In this document: positions 27,760-42,987 of the stretch, piece by piece
How the letters are laid out: each line of letters starts with the position of its first letter
Position numbering within the stretch: the first letter of the stretch is position 1
Assembly (NCBI RefSeq): GCF_009914755.1
Contig: NC_060933.1
Source of the DNA: the human T2T-CHM13v2.0 reference genome, Homo sapiens
Direction: 5' to 3' (one strand)
Length of the DNA stretch: 64,000 nt
Program-made: the position numbers and the translations under genes
The notes under the pieces: model-generated
Seen by the model: the letters and a program-made list of their open reading frames with translations, nothing else
Database searches by the model: none
What the model was told of the DNA's origin: nothing

Positions 27760-30700
27760 GATTCCATTCCATTGCATTCCAATCCATGCCATTCCACTCG
27801 TGTTGATTCCATTCTTTCCATTCCATTCAAGTTGAATCCATTCCATTGCATTCCATTCCATTCCATTCCCCTGCAGTCGGGTTGATTCCATTCCATTCCA
27901 TTCCATTCCATTCCATTCCATTCCATTCCGTTCCGTTCCGTTCCATTCCATTCCATTCCATTCTATTCGGGTTAATTCTTTTCCATTCCATTCCATTCCA
28001 TTCCATTCCAATCGAGTTGATTCCATTCCATTCCATTCCATTCCATTCCACTCCATTCCAGTCCTTTCCATTCCATTCCAGTCGGGTTGATTCCAATGTA
28101 TTCCTTTCCATTCCATTCCATTCCATTGCAATCGAGTTGATTCCATTGCTTTGCATTCCATTAAATTCCATTCCATTCCGGACGATTCCATTCCATTGCA
28201 TTCCATTCCATTCCATTCCCCTGCACTCGTGTTGATTCCATTCCATTCCACTCCATTCCATTCCATTCCATTCCATTCCATTCCATTCCATTACAATCGA
28301 GTTGATTCCATTCCATTCCATTCCATTCCAGTGCTTTCCATTCCATTCCACTCAGGTTGATTCCATTCTATTAGTTTCCATTCCATTCCATTCCCTTCCA
28401 TTCCACTCTGGTTGATTCCATTCCTTTCCATTCCACTCGAATACATTCCCTCCTATTCCACTCGGATCGATTCCATTCCATTCCATTCCATTCCATTCCA
28501 TTCCATTCCATTCCATTTCGTTCCATTCCATTCTATTCCGTATCATTCCATTTCATTCCATTCCATTCCATTCCATTCCATTCCATTCCATTCCATTCCA
28601 TTCCATTCCATTCCATTCCATTCCATTCCGTTGTACTCGGGTTGATTCCATTCCATTGCATTCCATTCCATTCCATTCCATTCCATTCCGTTGCATTCCA
28701 TTCCATTACATTCGGATTGATTCTATTCAACTCCCTTACTCTCCATTACATTCAATTCCATTCCATTACAATTCGTTCCATTCCATTCTATTCCGTACCA
28801 TTCCATTCCATTCCATACCATTCCATTCCATTCCATTCCGTTCCATTCCGTTCCATTCCATTCCATTCCATTCTATTCGGATTAATTACATTCCATTCCA
28901 TTCCATTCCATTCCATTCTATTCCATTCCATTGCAATCGAGTTGAAACCATTGCATTTCATTCCATTCAATTCCATTCCATTCCATTCCGGAAGATTCCA
29001 TTCCATTGCATTCCATTCCATTCCATTCCCCTGCACTCGCGTTGTTTCCATTCCATTCCATTCCATTCCATTCTATTCCATTCCGTTCCGTTCCATTCCA
29101 TTCCATTCCATTCCATTCCATTCCGTTCTGTTCCATTCCATTCCATTCCATTCTATTCGGGTTAATTCCATTCCATTCCATTCGATTGCAATCGAGTTGA
29201 TTCCATTCCATTCCATTCCATTCCATTCCATTCCATTCCATTCCATTCCTTTCCATTCCATTACGGATGATTCCTTTCCATTGCATTCCATTCCATTCCA
29301 TTCCCCTGCACTCGGGTTGATTCCATTCCATTCCATTACATTATATTCCGTTCCATTACATTCCATTCCATTCGGATTGATTCTATTCAATTCCCTAACA
29401 CTTCATTACATTCCATTCCATTCCGGTAGTTTCCATTCCATTCCATTCCATTCCTCTCTATTCCATTGCACTCGGGTTGATTCCATTCCATTCCATTCCA
29501 TTCCATTCCATTCCATTCCATTCCATTCCTTTCCATTCCATTCCATTCCATTGTACTCGGGTTGATTCCATTCCATTCCATTCCATTCCATTCCGTTCCA
29601 ATCCATTCCATTACATTCGGATTGATTCTATTCAACTCCCTTACTCTCCATTACATTCGATTCCATTCGGGTTGTTCCATTCCATTCCATTCCATTCCAC
29701 TCCATTCCATTGCACTCGGGTTTATTCCATTCCATTCCATTCCATTCTGGAAGATTCCATTCCATTGCATTCCATTATATTCCATTCCCCTGCACTCGCG
29801 TTGATTTCATTCCATTCCATTCCATTCCATTCCATTCCATTCCATTCCTTTCCGTTCCATTCCATTCCATTCCATTCCATTCCATTCCATTCCGTTCCGT
29901 TCCGTTCCGTTCCATTCCATTCCATTCCATTCTATTCGGGTTAATTCCTTTCCATTCCATTCGATTGCAATCGAGTTGATTCCATTCCATTCCATTCCAT
30001 TCCATTCCATTCCATTCCATTCCTTTCCATTCCATTACGGATGATTCCATTCCATTGCATTCCATTCCATTCCATTCCCCTGTACTCGGGTTGATTCCAT
30101 TCCATTCCGTTTCAATCCATGCCATTCCACTCGTGTTGATTCCATTCTTTCCTTTCCATTCAAGTTGAATCCATTCCATTGCATTCCATTCCATTCGATT
30201 CCATTCGATTGCACTCGGGTTGATTCCATTCCATTGCATTCCATTCCATTCCATTCCATTCCATTCCGTTCCATTCCATTTCATTACATTCACATTGATT
30301 CTATTCAATTCCCTTACACTCCATTCTATTCCGACCCATTCTGGTTGTCTCCATTCCATTCCATTCCATTTCACTCCATTCCATTGCACTCTGGTTGATT
30401 CCATTCCATTCCATTCCATTCCATTCCATTCCATTCCATTCCATTCCATTCCGGATGATTCCATTCCATTGCATTCCATTCCATTCCATTCCCCTGCACT
30501 CGGGTTTATTCCATTCCATTCCACTCCATTCCGTTCCATTCCATTCCATTCCATTGTATTCGGGTTAATTCCTTTCCATTCCATTCCATTCCATTCCATT
30601 CCATTTCATTACAATCGAGTTGATTCCATTCCATTCCATTCCATTCCAGTCCTTTCAATTCCATTCCACTCGGGTTGATTCCATTCTATTAGTTTCCATT

Positions 30701-32040
30701 CCATTCCATTCCCTTTCATTCCACTCTGGTTGATTCCATTCCTTTGCATTCCACTCGAATACATTCCCTCCTATTCCACTTGGAATGATTCCATTCCATT
30801 CCTTTCCATTCCATTCCATTCCATTCCATTTCGTTCCATTCCATTCTATTCCGTATCATTCCATTCCATTCCATTCCATTCCATTCCATTCCATTCCATT
30901 CCATTGCATTCCATTCCATTCCATTCCGGATGATTCCATTCCATTGCATTCCATTCCATACCATTCCCCTGCACTCGGGTTGATTCCATTCCATTCCATT
31001 CCATTACATTCCGTTCCATTCCATTCCATTCCATTCGGATTGATTCTATTCAATTGCCTTACACTCCATTACATTCCATTCCATTCGGGTAGTTTCCATT
31101 CCATTCCATTCCATTCCTCTCCATTCCATTGCACTCGGGTTGATTCCATTCCATTGCATTCCATTCCATTCCATTCCATTCCATTCCATTCCATTCCATT
31201 CCATTCCATTCCATTCCATTCCGTTCCATTGTACTCGTGTTGATTCCATTCCATTGCATTCCATTCCATTCCATTCCATTCCATTCCATTCCGTTCCATT
31301 CCATTACATTCGGATTGATTCTATTCATCTCCATTACTCTCCATTATATTCCATTCCATTCGGGTTGTTCCATTCCATTCCATTCCATTCCACTCCATTC
31401 CATTGCACTCGGGATGATTCCATTGGATTCCATTCCATTCCATTCCATTCCATTCCATTCCGGATGATTCCATTCCATTGCATTCCGTTCCATTACATTC
31501 CCCTGCACTCTGGTTGATTCCATTCCATTCCATTCCATTCCATTCCATTCCATTCCACTCCAATTCTTTCCATTCCATTCTATTCCGTACCATTCCATTC
31601 CATTCCATACAATTCCAGTCGATTCCATTCCAGTCCGTTCCATTCCGTTCCGTTCCGTTCCTTTCCGTTCCATTCCATTCCATTCCATTCTATTCGGTTT
31701 AATTCCATTCCATTCCATTCCATTCCATTCTATTCCGTTGCATTGCAATCGAGTTGAATCCATTGCATTCCATTCCATTCCATTCCATTCCATTCCATTC
31801 CATTCCATTCCGGAAGATTCCATTCCATTGCATTCCATTCCATTCCATTCCATTCCATTCCATTCAATTCCATTCCATTCCATTCCTTTGTACTCGGGTT
31901 GATTCCATTCCATTGCATTCCATTCCATTCCATTCCTTTCCATCCCATTCCATCACATTCGGATTGATTCTTTCAACTCCCTTACACTCCATTACATTCC
32001 ATTCCATTCGGGTAGTTTCCATTCCATTCCATTCCATTCC
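27760..32040. repeat. Duplicated block B, copy 1 (partner ~37280-41860; offset 9.5-9.9 kb)
   Basis: Shared rare variants: GTTAATTCTTTT (27971/37486), CCGGACGA, CAGTGCTTT, GGATCGATT, GTTGAAACC, CTAACAC/GTAACAC, CCGACCCATT, CAATTGCCTT, CCAGTCGATT, CATCACATTC (31951/41775). Identical pseudo-ORFs at 28161/37676 and 30165/40069. Confidence 0.93.
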
Positions 32041-32699
32041 TCTCCATTCCATTGCACTCGGGTTGATTCCATTCCATTGCATTCCATTCCATACCATTCA
32101 ATTGCATTCCTTTCCATTCCATTCCATTACATTCGGATTGATTCTATTCAACTCCCTTACTCTCCATTACATTCGATTCCATTCGGGTTGTTCCATTCCA
32201 TTCCATTCCATTCCACTCCATTCCATTGCACTCGGGTTGATTCCATTCCATTCCATTCCATTCCGGAAGATTCCATTCCATTCCATTCCATTCCATTCCA
32301 CTCCATTCCAGTCCTTTCCATTCCATTCCACTCGGGTTGATTCCATTCTATTCCATTCCATTCCATTCCATTCCATTCCATTCCATTCCATTCCGGATGA
32401 TTCCATTCCATTGCATTCCATTCCATTACATTCCCCTGCACGCGGGTTGATTCCATTCCATTCCATTCCATTCCATTCGATTCCATTCCATTCCAATTCT
32501 TTCCATTCCATTCTATTCCGTACCATGCCATTCCATTCCATACAATTCCATTCCATTCCATTCCACTCTGTTCCGTTCCATTCCGTTCCGTTCCATTCCA
32601 TTCCATTCCATTCTATTCGGGTTAATTCCATTCCATTCCATTCGATTGTAATCGAGTTGATTCCATTCCATTCCATTCCATTCCATTCCATTCCTTTCC

Positions 32700-33480
32700 A
32701 TTCCATTACGGATGATTCCATTCCATTGCATTCCATTCCATTCCATTCCCCTGTACTCGGGTTGATTCCATTCCATTCCATTCCAATCCATGCCATTCCA
32801 CTCGTGTTGATTCCATTCTTTGCATTCCATTCAAGTTGAATCCATTCCATTGCGTTCCATTCCATTCGATTCCATTCGATTGCACTCGGGTTGATTCCAT
32901 TCCATTGCATTCCATTCCATTCCATTCCATTCCATTGCATTCCGTTCCATTCCATTTCATTACATTCGGATTGATTCTATTCATTTCCCTTACACTCCAT
33001 TATATTGCAATCCATTCTGGTTGTTTCCATTCCGTTCCATTCCATTTCACTCGTGTTGATTCCTTTCCTTTCCATTCCATTCGGTTTGAAGCCATTCCAT
33101 TCCATTCAATTCCACTCCATTCCATTCCATTCCATTCCATTCCATTCCATTCCATTCCATTCCATTCCATTCCATTCCATTGTACTCGGGTTGATTCCAT
33201 TCCATTGCATTCCATTCCGTTCCATTCCATTCCATTACATTCGGATTGATTCTATACAACTCCGTTACTCTCCATTACATTCCATTCCATTCGGGTTCTT
33301 CCATTCCATTCCATTCCATTCCACTCCATTCCATTGCACTCGGGTTGATTCCATTCCATTCCATTCCATTCCATTCCATTCCATTCCGGATGATTCCATT
33401 CCATTGCATTCCGTTCCGTTACATTCTCCTGCACTCGGGTTGATTCCATTCCATTCCATTCCATTCCATACCATTCCATT
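32700..33480. repeat. ~0.8 kb block duplicated at ~45350-46130 (offset ~12646)
   Basis: Shared CTTTGCATT, TTGCGTTCC, TCTATACAACTCCGTTAC, GGGTTCTTCC and CCGTTACATT. ORF pairs 32836/45482 and 33000/45646. Confidence 0.85.
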
Positions 33481-33789
33481 CCATTCCATTCCATTCCATT
33501 CCATTCCATTAAATTCCATTCCATTCCATTCCATTCCATTCCATTCCGGATGATTCCATTCCATTGCATTCCATTCCATTCCATTCCCCTGTACTCGGGT
33601 TGATTCCATTCCATTCCATTCCAATCCATGCGATTCCACTCGTGTTGATTCCATTCTTTCCATTCCATTCAAGTTGAATCCATTCCATTGCATTCCATTC
33701 CATTCCATTCCCCTGCAGTCGGGTTGATTCCATTCCATTCCATTCCATTCCATTCCATTCCATTCCGTTCCATTCCATTCCATTCCATT

Positions 33790-34100
33790 CTATTCGGCTT
33801 AATTCCATTCCATTCCATTCCATTCCATTCCATTCCATTGCAATCGAGTTGATTCCATTCCATTCCTTTCCATTCCATTCCATTGCCTTGCATTCCACTC
33901 GGGTTGATTCCATTCCCTTCTTCCCACTCCATTACATTCCCTTCCATTCCACTCGGAATGATTGATTCCATTCCATTCCATTCCATTTCATTCCATTGCA
34001 ATCCATTCCAATCCATTCCATTCCATTCCATTCCACTCGAGTTGACTTCATTCCATTCCTTTCCATTCCATTCCATTCCTTTCCACTCGAGTTGATTCCA
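33790..34100. repeat. ~0.3 kb block duplicated at ~50420-50730 (offset 16631)
   Basis: Identical 70-aa pseudo-ORFs at 33883 and 50514. Private variants CTTCTTCCCACTCC and GTTGACTTCA. Confidence 0.85.
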
Positions 34101-37100
34101 TTCCATTCCATTGCATTCCATTCCATGCCATTCCACTCGGGTTGATTCCATTCCTTTGCATTCCATTCCATTCCATTCCATTCCATTCCATTCCATTCCG
34201 TTGCATTCCATTCCATTACATTCGGATTGATTCTATTCAACTCCCTTACTGTCCATTACATTCCATTCCATTCGGGTTGTTCCATTCCATTCCATTCCAT
34301 TCCACTCCATTCCATTGCACTCGGGTTGATTCCATTCCATTCCATTCCATTCCATTCCATTCCGGATGATGCCATTCCATTGCATTCCGTTCCATTACAT
34401 TCCCCTGCACTCGCGTTGATTCCATTCCATTCCATTCCATTCCATTCAATTCCATTCCATTACAATTCGTTCCATTCCATTCTATTCCGTACCATTCCAT
34501 TCCATTCCATACCATTCCATTCCATTCCATTCCATTCCATTCCGTTCCGTTCCATTCCGTTCCATTCCGTTCCATTCCATTCCATTCTATTCGGGTTAAT
34601 TCCATTCCATTCCATTCCATTCCATTCCACTCCATTCCATTGCACTCGGGTTGATTCCTTTCCTTTGCATTCCATTCCATTCCATTCCATTCTATTCCAT
34701 TGCGGATGATTCCATTCCATTGCATTCCGTTCCATTACATTCCACTGCACTCGGGTTGATTCCATTCCATTCCATTCCATTCCATTCCAATTCGTTCCTT
34801 TCCATTCTATTCCGCACCATTCCATTCCATTCCATACCATTCCATTCCATTCCATTCCATTCCATTCCATTAAATTCCATTCCTTTCCATTGCATTCAAT
34901 TACATTCGGATAGATTCCATTCAATTCCCTTACACTCCATTATATTCCATTCCGTTCGGGTTGTTTACATTCCATTCCATTCCATTCCACTCCATTCCTT
35001 TGCACTCGGGTTGATTCCATTCCATTCCATTCCATTGCGGATGATTCCATTCCCTTGCATTCCGTTCCATTACATTCCCCTGCACTCGGGTTGATTCCAT
35101 TCCATTCCATTCGATTCCATTCCATTCCAATTCGTTCCATTCCATTCTATTCCGTACCATTCCATTCCATTCCATACCATTCCATTCCATTCCATTGCAT
35201 TCCATTCCATTCCGTTCCATTCCATTCAATTCTCCTGCACTCGGGTTGATTCCATTCCATTCCACTCCATTCCGTTCCATTCCATTCCATTCCATTGTAT
35301 TCGGGTTAATTCCATTCCATTCCATTCCATTCCATTCCATTCCATTACAATCGAGTTGATTCCATTCCATTCCATTCCATTCCATTCCATTCCATTCCAG
35401 TCCTTTCCATTCCATTCCACTCGGGTTGATTCCATTCTATTAGTTTCCATTCCATTCCATTCCCTTCCATTCCACTCTGGTTGATTCCATTCCTTTCCAT
35501 TCCACTCGAATACATTCCCTCCTATTCCACTCGGAACGATTCCATTCCATTCCATTCCATTCCATTCCATTCCATTCCATTCCATTTCGTTCCATTCCAT
35601 TCTATTCCGTATCATTCCATTCCATTCCATTCCATTCCATTCCATTCCATTCCATTGTACTCGGGTTGATTCCATTCCATTGCATTGCATTCCATTCCAT
35701 TCCATTCCATTCCATTCGGTTGCATTCCATTCCATTACATTCGGATTGATTCTATTCAACTCCATTACTCTCCATTACATTCCATTCCATTCGGGTTGGT
35801 CCATTCCATTCCATTCCATTCCACTCCATTCCATTGCACTCGGGTTGATTCCATTCCATTCCATTCCATTCCATTCCATTCCATCCCGGATGATTCCATT
35901 CCATTGCATTCCGTTCCATTACATTCCCCTGCACTCGCGTTGATTCCATTCCATTCCATTCCATTCCATTCAATTCCATTCCATTACAATTCATTCCATT
36001 CCATTCTATTCCGTACCATTCCATTCCATTCCATACCATTCCATTCCATTCCATTCCATTTCATTCCGTTCCATTCCGTTCCATCCCATTCCATTCCATT
36101 CTATTCGGGTTAATTCCATTCCATTCCATTCCATTCCATTCAATTCCATTCTATTCCAATCCATTGCAATCGAGTTGAATCCATTGCATTTCATTCCATT
36201 CCATTCCGGAAGTTTCCATTCCATTGCCTTCCATTCCATTCCATTCCCCTGCACTCGCGTTGATTCCATTCCATTCCATTCCATTCCATTCCATTCCGTT
36301 CCGTTCCGTTCCATTCCATTCCATTCCATTCCATTCCATTCCATTCCTTTCCATTCCATTACGGATGATTCCATTCCATTGCATTCCATTCCATTCTATT
36401 CCCCTGTACTCGGGTTGATTCCATTCCATTCCATTCCAATCCATGCCATTCCACTCGTGTTGATTCCATTCTTTCCATTCCATTCAAGTTGAATCCATTC
36501 CACTGCATTCCATTCCATTCGATTCCATTCGATTGCAGTCGGGTTGATTCCATTCCATTGCATTCCATTCTATTCCATTCCATTCCATTCCGTTCCATTC
36601 CATTCCATTACATTCGGTTTGATTCTATTCAATTCCCTTACACTCCATTACATTCCATTCCATTCGGGTAGTTTCCATTCCATTCCATTCCATTCCTCTC
36701 CATTCCATTGCACTCGGGTTGATTCCATTCCATTGCATTCCATTCCATTCCATTCAATTCCATTCCGTTCCATTCCATTCCATTACATTCGGATTGATTC
36801 TATTCAACTCCCTTACTCTCCATTACATTCCATTCCATTCGGGTTGTTCCATTCCATTCCACTCCATTCCACTCCATTCCATTGCACTCGGGTTTATTCC
36901 ATTCCATTCCATTCCATTCCATTCCATTCCATTCCATTCCATTCCGGAAGATTCCATTCCATTGCATTCCATTCCATTCCATTCCCCTGCACTCGCGTTG
37001 ATTCCATGCCATTCCATTCCATTCCATTCCATTCCATTCCTTTCCGTTCCATTCCATTCCATTGCATTCCATTCCAATGCTTTCCATTCCGTTCTGTTCC

Positions 37101-37279
37101 GTTCCATTCCATTCCATTCCATTCTATTCGGGTTAATTCCATTCCATTCCATTCGATTGCAATCGAGTTGATTCCATTCCATTCCATTCCATTCCATTCC
37201 ATTCCATTCCTTTCCATTCCCTTACGGATGATTCCATTCCATTGCATTCCATTCCATTCCATTCCCCTGTACTCGGGTT

Positions 37280-40200
37280 GATTCCATTCCATTCCATTCC
37301 AATCCATGCCATTCCACTCGTGTTGATTCCATTCTTTCCATTCCATTCAAGTTGAATCCATTCCATTGCATTCCATTCCATTCCATTCCCCTGCAGTCGG
37401 GTTGATTCCATTCCATTCCATTCCATTCCATTCCATTCCATTCCGTTCCGTTCCGTTCCATTCCATTCCATTCCATTCTATTCGGGTTAATTCTTTTCCA
37501 TTCCATTCCATTCCATTCCATTCCAATCGAGTTGATTCCATTCCATTCCATTCCATTCCATTCCACTCCATTCCAGTCCTTTCCATTCCATTCCAGTCGG
37601 GTTGATTCCAATGTATTCCTTTCCATTCCATTCCGTTCCATTGCAATCGAGTTGATTCCATTGCTTTGCATTCCATTAAATTCCATTCCATTCCGGACGA
37701 TTCCATTCCATTGCATTCCATTCCATTCCATTCCCCTGCACTCGTGTTGATTCCATTCCATTCCACTCCATTCCATTCCATTCCATTCCATTCCATTCCA
37801 TTCCATTACAATCGAGTTGATTCCATTCCATTCCATTCCATTCCAGTGCTTTCCATTCCATTCCACTCAGGTTGATTCCATTCTATTAGTTTCCATTCCA
37901 TTCCATTCCCTTCCATTCCACTCTGGTTGATTCCATTCCTTTCCATTCCACTCGAATACATTCCCTCCTATTCCACTAGGATCGATTCCATTCCATTCCA
38001 TTCCATTCCATTCCATTCCATTCCATTCCATTCCATTCCATTTCGTTCCATTCCATTCTATTCCGTATCATTCCATTTCATTCCATTCCATTCCATTCCA
38101 TTCCATTCCATTCCATTCCATTCCATTCCATTCCGTTGTACTCGGGTTGATTCCATTCCATTGCATTCAATTCCATTCCATTCCATTCCATTCCGTTGCA
38201 TTCCATTCCATTACATTCGGATTGATTCTATTCAACTCCCTTACTCTCCATTACATTCAATTCCATTCCATTACAATTCGTTCCATTCCATTCTATTCCG
38301 TACCATTCCATTCCATTCCATACCATTCCATTCCATTCCATTCCGTTCCATTCCGTTCCATTCCATTCCATTCCATTCTATTCGGATTAATTCCATTCCA
38401 TTCCATTCCATTCCATTCCATTCTATTCCATTCCATTGCAATCGAGTTGAAACCATTGCATTTCATTCCATTCAATTCCATTCCATTCCATTCCGGAAGA
38501 TTCCATTCCATTGCATTCCATTCCATTCCATTCCCCTGCACTCGCGTTGTTTCCATTCCATTCCATTCCATTCCATTCTATTCCATTCCGTTCCGTTCCA
38601 TTCCATTCCATTCCATTCCATTCCATTCCGTTCCGTTCCATTCCATTCCATTCCATTCTATTCGGGTTAATTCCATTCCATTCCATTCGATTGCAATCGA
38701 GTTGATTCCATTCCATTCCATTCCATTCCATTCCATTCCATTCCATTCCATTCCTTTCCATTCCATTACGGATGATTCCATTCCATTGCATTCCATTCCA
38801 TTCCATTCCCCTGTACTCGGGTTGATTCCATTCCATTCCATTCCAATCCATGCCATTCCACTCGTGTTGATTGCATTCCTTACTTTCCATTCAAGTTGAA
38901 TCCATTCCATTGCATTCCATTCCATTGGATTCCATTCGATTGCACTCGGGTTGATTCCATTACATTGCATTCCATTCCATTCCATTCCATTCCATTCCAT
39001 TCCGTTCCATTGCATTTCATTACATTCAGATTGATTCTCTTCAATTCCCTTACTCTCCGTTATATTCCAATCCATTCTGGTTGTTTCCATTCCATTCCAT
39101 TCCATTTCACTCCATTCCATTTCACTCGCGTTGATTCCATTCCATTCCATTCCATTCCATTCCATTCCGGATGATTCCTTTCCATTGCATTCCATTCCAT
39201 TCCATTCCCCTGCACTCGGGTTGATTCCATTCCATTCCATTACATTATATTCCGTTCCATTACATTCCATTCCATTCGGATTGATTCTATTCAATTCCGT
39301 AACACTTCATTACATTCCATTCCATTCCGGTAGTTTCCATTCCATTCCATTCCATTCCTCTCTATTCCATTGCACTCGGGTTGATTCCATTCCATTCCAT
39401 TCCATTCCATTCCATTCCATTCCATTCCTTTCCATTCCATTCCATTCAATTGTACTCGGGTTGATTCCATTCCATTCCATTCCATTCCATTCCGTTCCAA
39501 TCCATTCCATTACATTCGGATTGATTCTATTCAACTCCCTTACTCTCCATTACATTCGATTCCATTCGGGTTGTTCCATTCCATTCCATTCCATTCCACT
39601 CCATTCCATTGCACTCGGGTTTATTCCATTCCATTCCATTCCATTCCGGAAGATTCCATTCCATTGCATTCCATTATATTCCATTCCCCTGCACTCGCGT
39701 TGATTCCATTCCATTCCATTCCATTCCATTCCATTCCATTGCATTCCATTCCTTTCCGTTCCATTCCATTCCATTCCATTCCATTCCATTCCATTCCGTT
39801 CCGTTCCGTTCCGTTCCATTCCATTCCATTCCATTCTATTCGGGTTAATTCCTTTCCATTCCATTCGATTGCAATCGAGTTGATTCCATTCCATTCCATT
39901 CCATTCCATTCCATTCCATTCCATTCCTTTCCATTCCATTACGGATGATTCCATTCCATTGCATTCCATTCCATTCCATTCCCCTGTACTCGGGTTGATT
40001 CCATTCCATTCCGTTTCAATCCATGCCATTCCACTCGTGTTGATTCCATTCTTTCCATTCCATTCAAGTTGAATCCATTCCATTGCATTCCATTCCATTC
40101 GATTCCATTCGATTGCACTCGGGTTGATTCCATTCCATTGCATTCCATTCCATTCCATTCCATTCCATTCCGTTCCATTCCATTTCATTACATTCACATT

Positions 40201-41860
40201 GATTCTATTCAATTCCCTTACACTCCATTCTATTCCGACCCATTCTGGTTGTCTCCATTCCATTCCATTCCATTTCACTCCATTCCATTGCACTCTGGTT
40301 GATTCCATTCCATTCCATTCCATTCCATTCCATTCCATTCCATTCCATTCCATTCCGGATGATTCCATTCCATTGCATTCCATTCCATTCCATTCCCCTG
40401 CACTCGGGTTTATTCCATTCCATTCCACTCCATTCCGTTCCATTCCATTCCATTCCATTGTATTCGGGTTAATTCCTTTCCATTCCATTCCATTCCATTC
40501 CATTTCATTACAATCGAGTTGATTCCATTCCATTCCATTCCATTCCAGTCCTTTCAATTCCATTCCACTCGGGTTGATTCCATTCTATTAGTTTCCATTC
40601 CATTCCATTCCCTTTCATTCCACTCTGGTTGATTCCATTCCTTTGCATTCCACTCGAATACATTCCCTCCTATTCCACTTGGAACGATTCCATTCCATTC
40701 CTTTCCATTCCATTCCATTCCATTCCATTTCGTTCCATTCCATTCTATTCCGTATCATTCCATTCCATTCCATTCCATTCCATTCCATTCCATTCCATTC
40801 CATTGCATTCCATTCCATTCCATTCCGGATGATTCCATTCCATTGCATTCCATTCCATACCATTCCCCTGCACTCGGGTTGATTCCATTCCATTCCATTC
40901 CATTACATTCCGTTCCATTCCATTCCATTCCATTCGGATTGATTCTATTCAATTGCCTTACACTCCATTACATTCCATTCCATTCGGGTAGTTTCCATTC
41001 CATTCCATTCCATTCCTCTCCATTCCATTGCACTCGGGTTGATTCCATTCCATTGCATTCCATTCCATTCCATTCCATTCCATTCCATTCCATTCCATTC
41101 CATTCCGTTCCATTGTACTCGTGTTGATTCCATTCCATTGCATTCCATTCCATTCCATTCCATTCCATTCCATTCCATTCCGTTCCATTCCATTACATTC
41201 GGATTGATTCTATTCATCTCCATTACTCTCCATTATATTCCATTCCATTCGGGTTGTTCCATTCCATTCCATTCCATTCCATTCCATTCCGGATGATTCC
41301 ATTCCATTGCATTCCGTTCCATTACATTCCCCTGCACTCTGGTTGATTCCATTCCATTCCATTCCATTCCATTCCATTCCATTCCACTCCAATTCTTTCC
41401 ATTCCATTCTATTCCGTACCATTCCATTCCATTCCATACAATTCCAGTCGATTCCATTCCACTCCGTTCCATTCCGTTCCGTTCCGTTCCTTTCCGTTCC
41501 ATTCCATTCCATTCCATTCTATTCGGTTTAATTCCATTCCATTGCATTCCATTCCATTCTATTCCGTTGCATTGCAATCGAGTTGAATCCATTGCATTCC
41601 ATTCCATTCCATTCCATTCCATTCCATTCCATTCCGGAAGATTCCATTCCATTGCATTCCATTCCATTCCATTCCATTCCATTCCATTCAATTCCATTCC
41701 ATTCCATTCCTTTGTACTCGGGTTGATTCCATTCCATTGCATTCCATTCCATTCCATTCCTTTCCATCCCATTCCATCACATTCGGATTGATTCTTTCAA
41801 CTCCCTTACACTCCATTACATTCCATTCCATTCGGGTAGTTTCCATTCCATTCCATTCCA
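37280..41860. repeat. Duplicated block B, copy 2 (has an extra 399 bp at 38770-39168)
   Basis: Same markers as copy 1. The offset moves from 9505 to 9904 across the extra segment. Confidence 0.93.
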
Positions 41861-42987
41861 TTCCACTCAATTCCATTGCACTCGAGTTGATTCCATTCCC
41901 TTCCATTCCATTCCATTCCATTCCATTCCATTCCTTTCCTTTCCATTCCATTACGGATGATTCCATTCCATTGCATTCCATTCCATTCCATTCCCCTGTA
42001 CTCGGGTTGATTCCATTCAATTCCTTTCCAATCCATGCCATTCCACTCGTGTTGATTCCATTCTTTCCATTCCATTCAAGTTGATTCCATTCCATTGCAT
42101 TCCATTCCATTCGATTCCATTTGATTGCACTCGGGTTGATTCCATTCCATTGCATTCCATTCCATTCCATTCCATTCCATTCCGTTCCATTCCATTCCAT
42201 TACACTCAGATTGATTCTATTCAATTCCCTTACACTCCATTACATTCCATTCCATTCGGGTAGTTTCCATTCCATTCCATTCCATTCCTCTCCATTCCAT
42301 TGCACTCGGGTTGATTCCATTCCATTGCATTCCATTCCATTCCATTCAATTCCATTCCGTTCCATTCCATTCCATTCTATTCCATTCCATTGCAATCGAG
42401 TTGAATGCATTGCATTTCATTCCATTCCATTCCATTCCATTCCATTCCATTCCATTCCATTCCATTCCCCTGCACTCGCGTTGATTCCATTCCATTCCAT
42501 TCCATTCCATTCCATTCCGTTCCGTTCCATTCCATTCCATTCCATTCCATTCCATTCCGTTCCGTTCCATTCCATTCCATTCCATTCTATTCGGGTTAAT
42601 TCCATTCCATTCCATTCGATTGCAATCGAGTTGATTCCATTCCATTCCATTCCATTCCATTCCATTCCTTTCCATTCCATTACGGATTATTCCATTCCAT
42701 TGCATTCCATTCCATTCCATTCCCCTGTACTCGGGTTGATTCCATTCCATTCCATTCCAATCCATGCCATTCCACTCGTGTTGATTCCATTCTTTCCATT
42801 CCATTCAAGTTGAATCCATTCCATTGCATTCCATTCCATTCCATTCCCCTGCAGTCGGGTTTATTCCATTCCATTCCATTCCATTCCATTCCGTTCCATT
42901 CCATTCCATTCCGTTCCGTTCCATTCCATTCCATTCCATTCTATTCGGGTTAATTCCATTCCATTCCATTCCATTCCATTCCATTCC

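Noticed and set aside
28555-28629. Long pure (CATTC)n run as a pathogenic-type expansion
   Set aside because: It is only about 15 units, within the normal range for HSat3. The sister copy near 38080 differs only by pentamer count.
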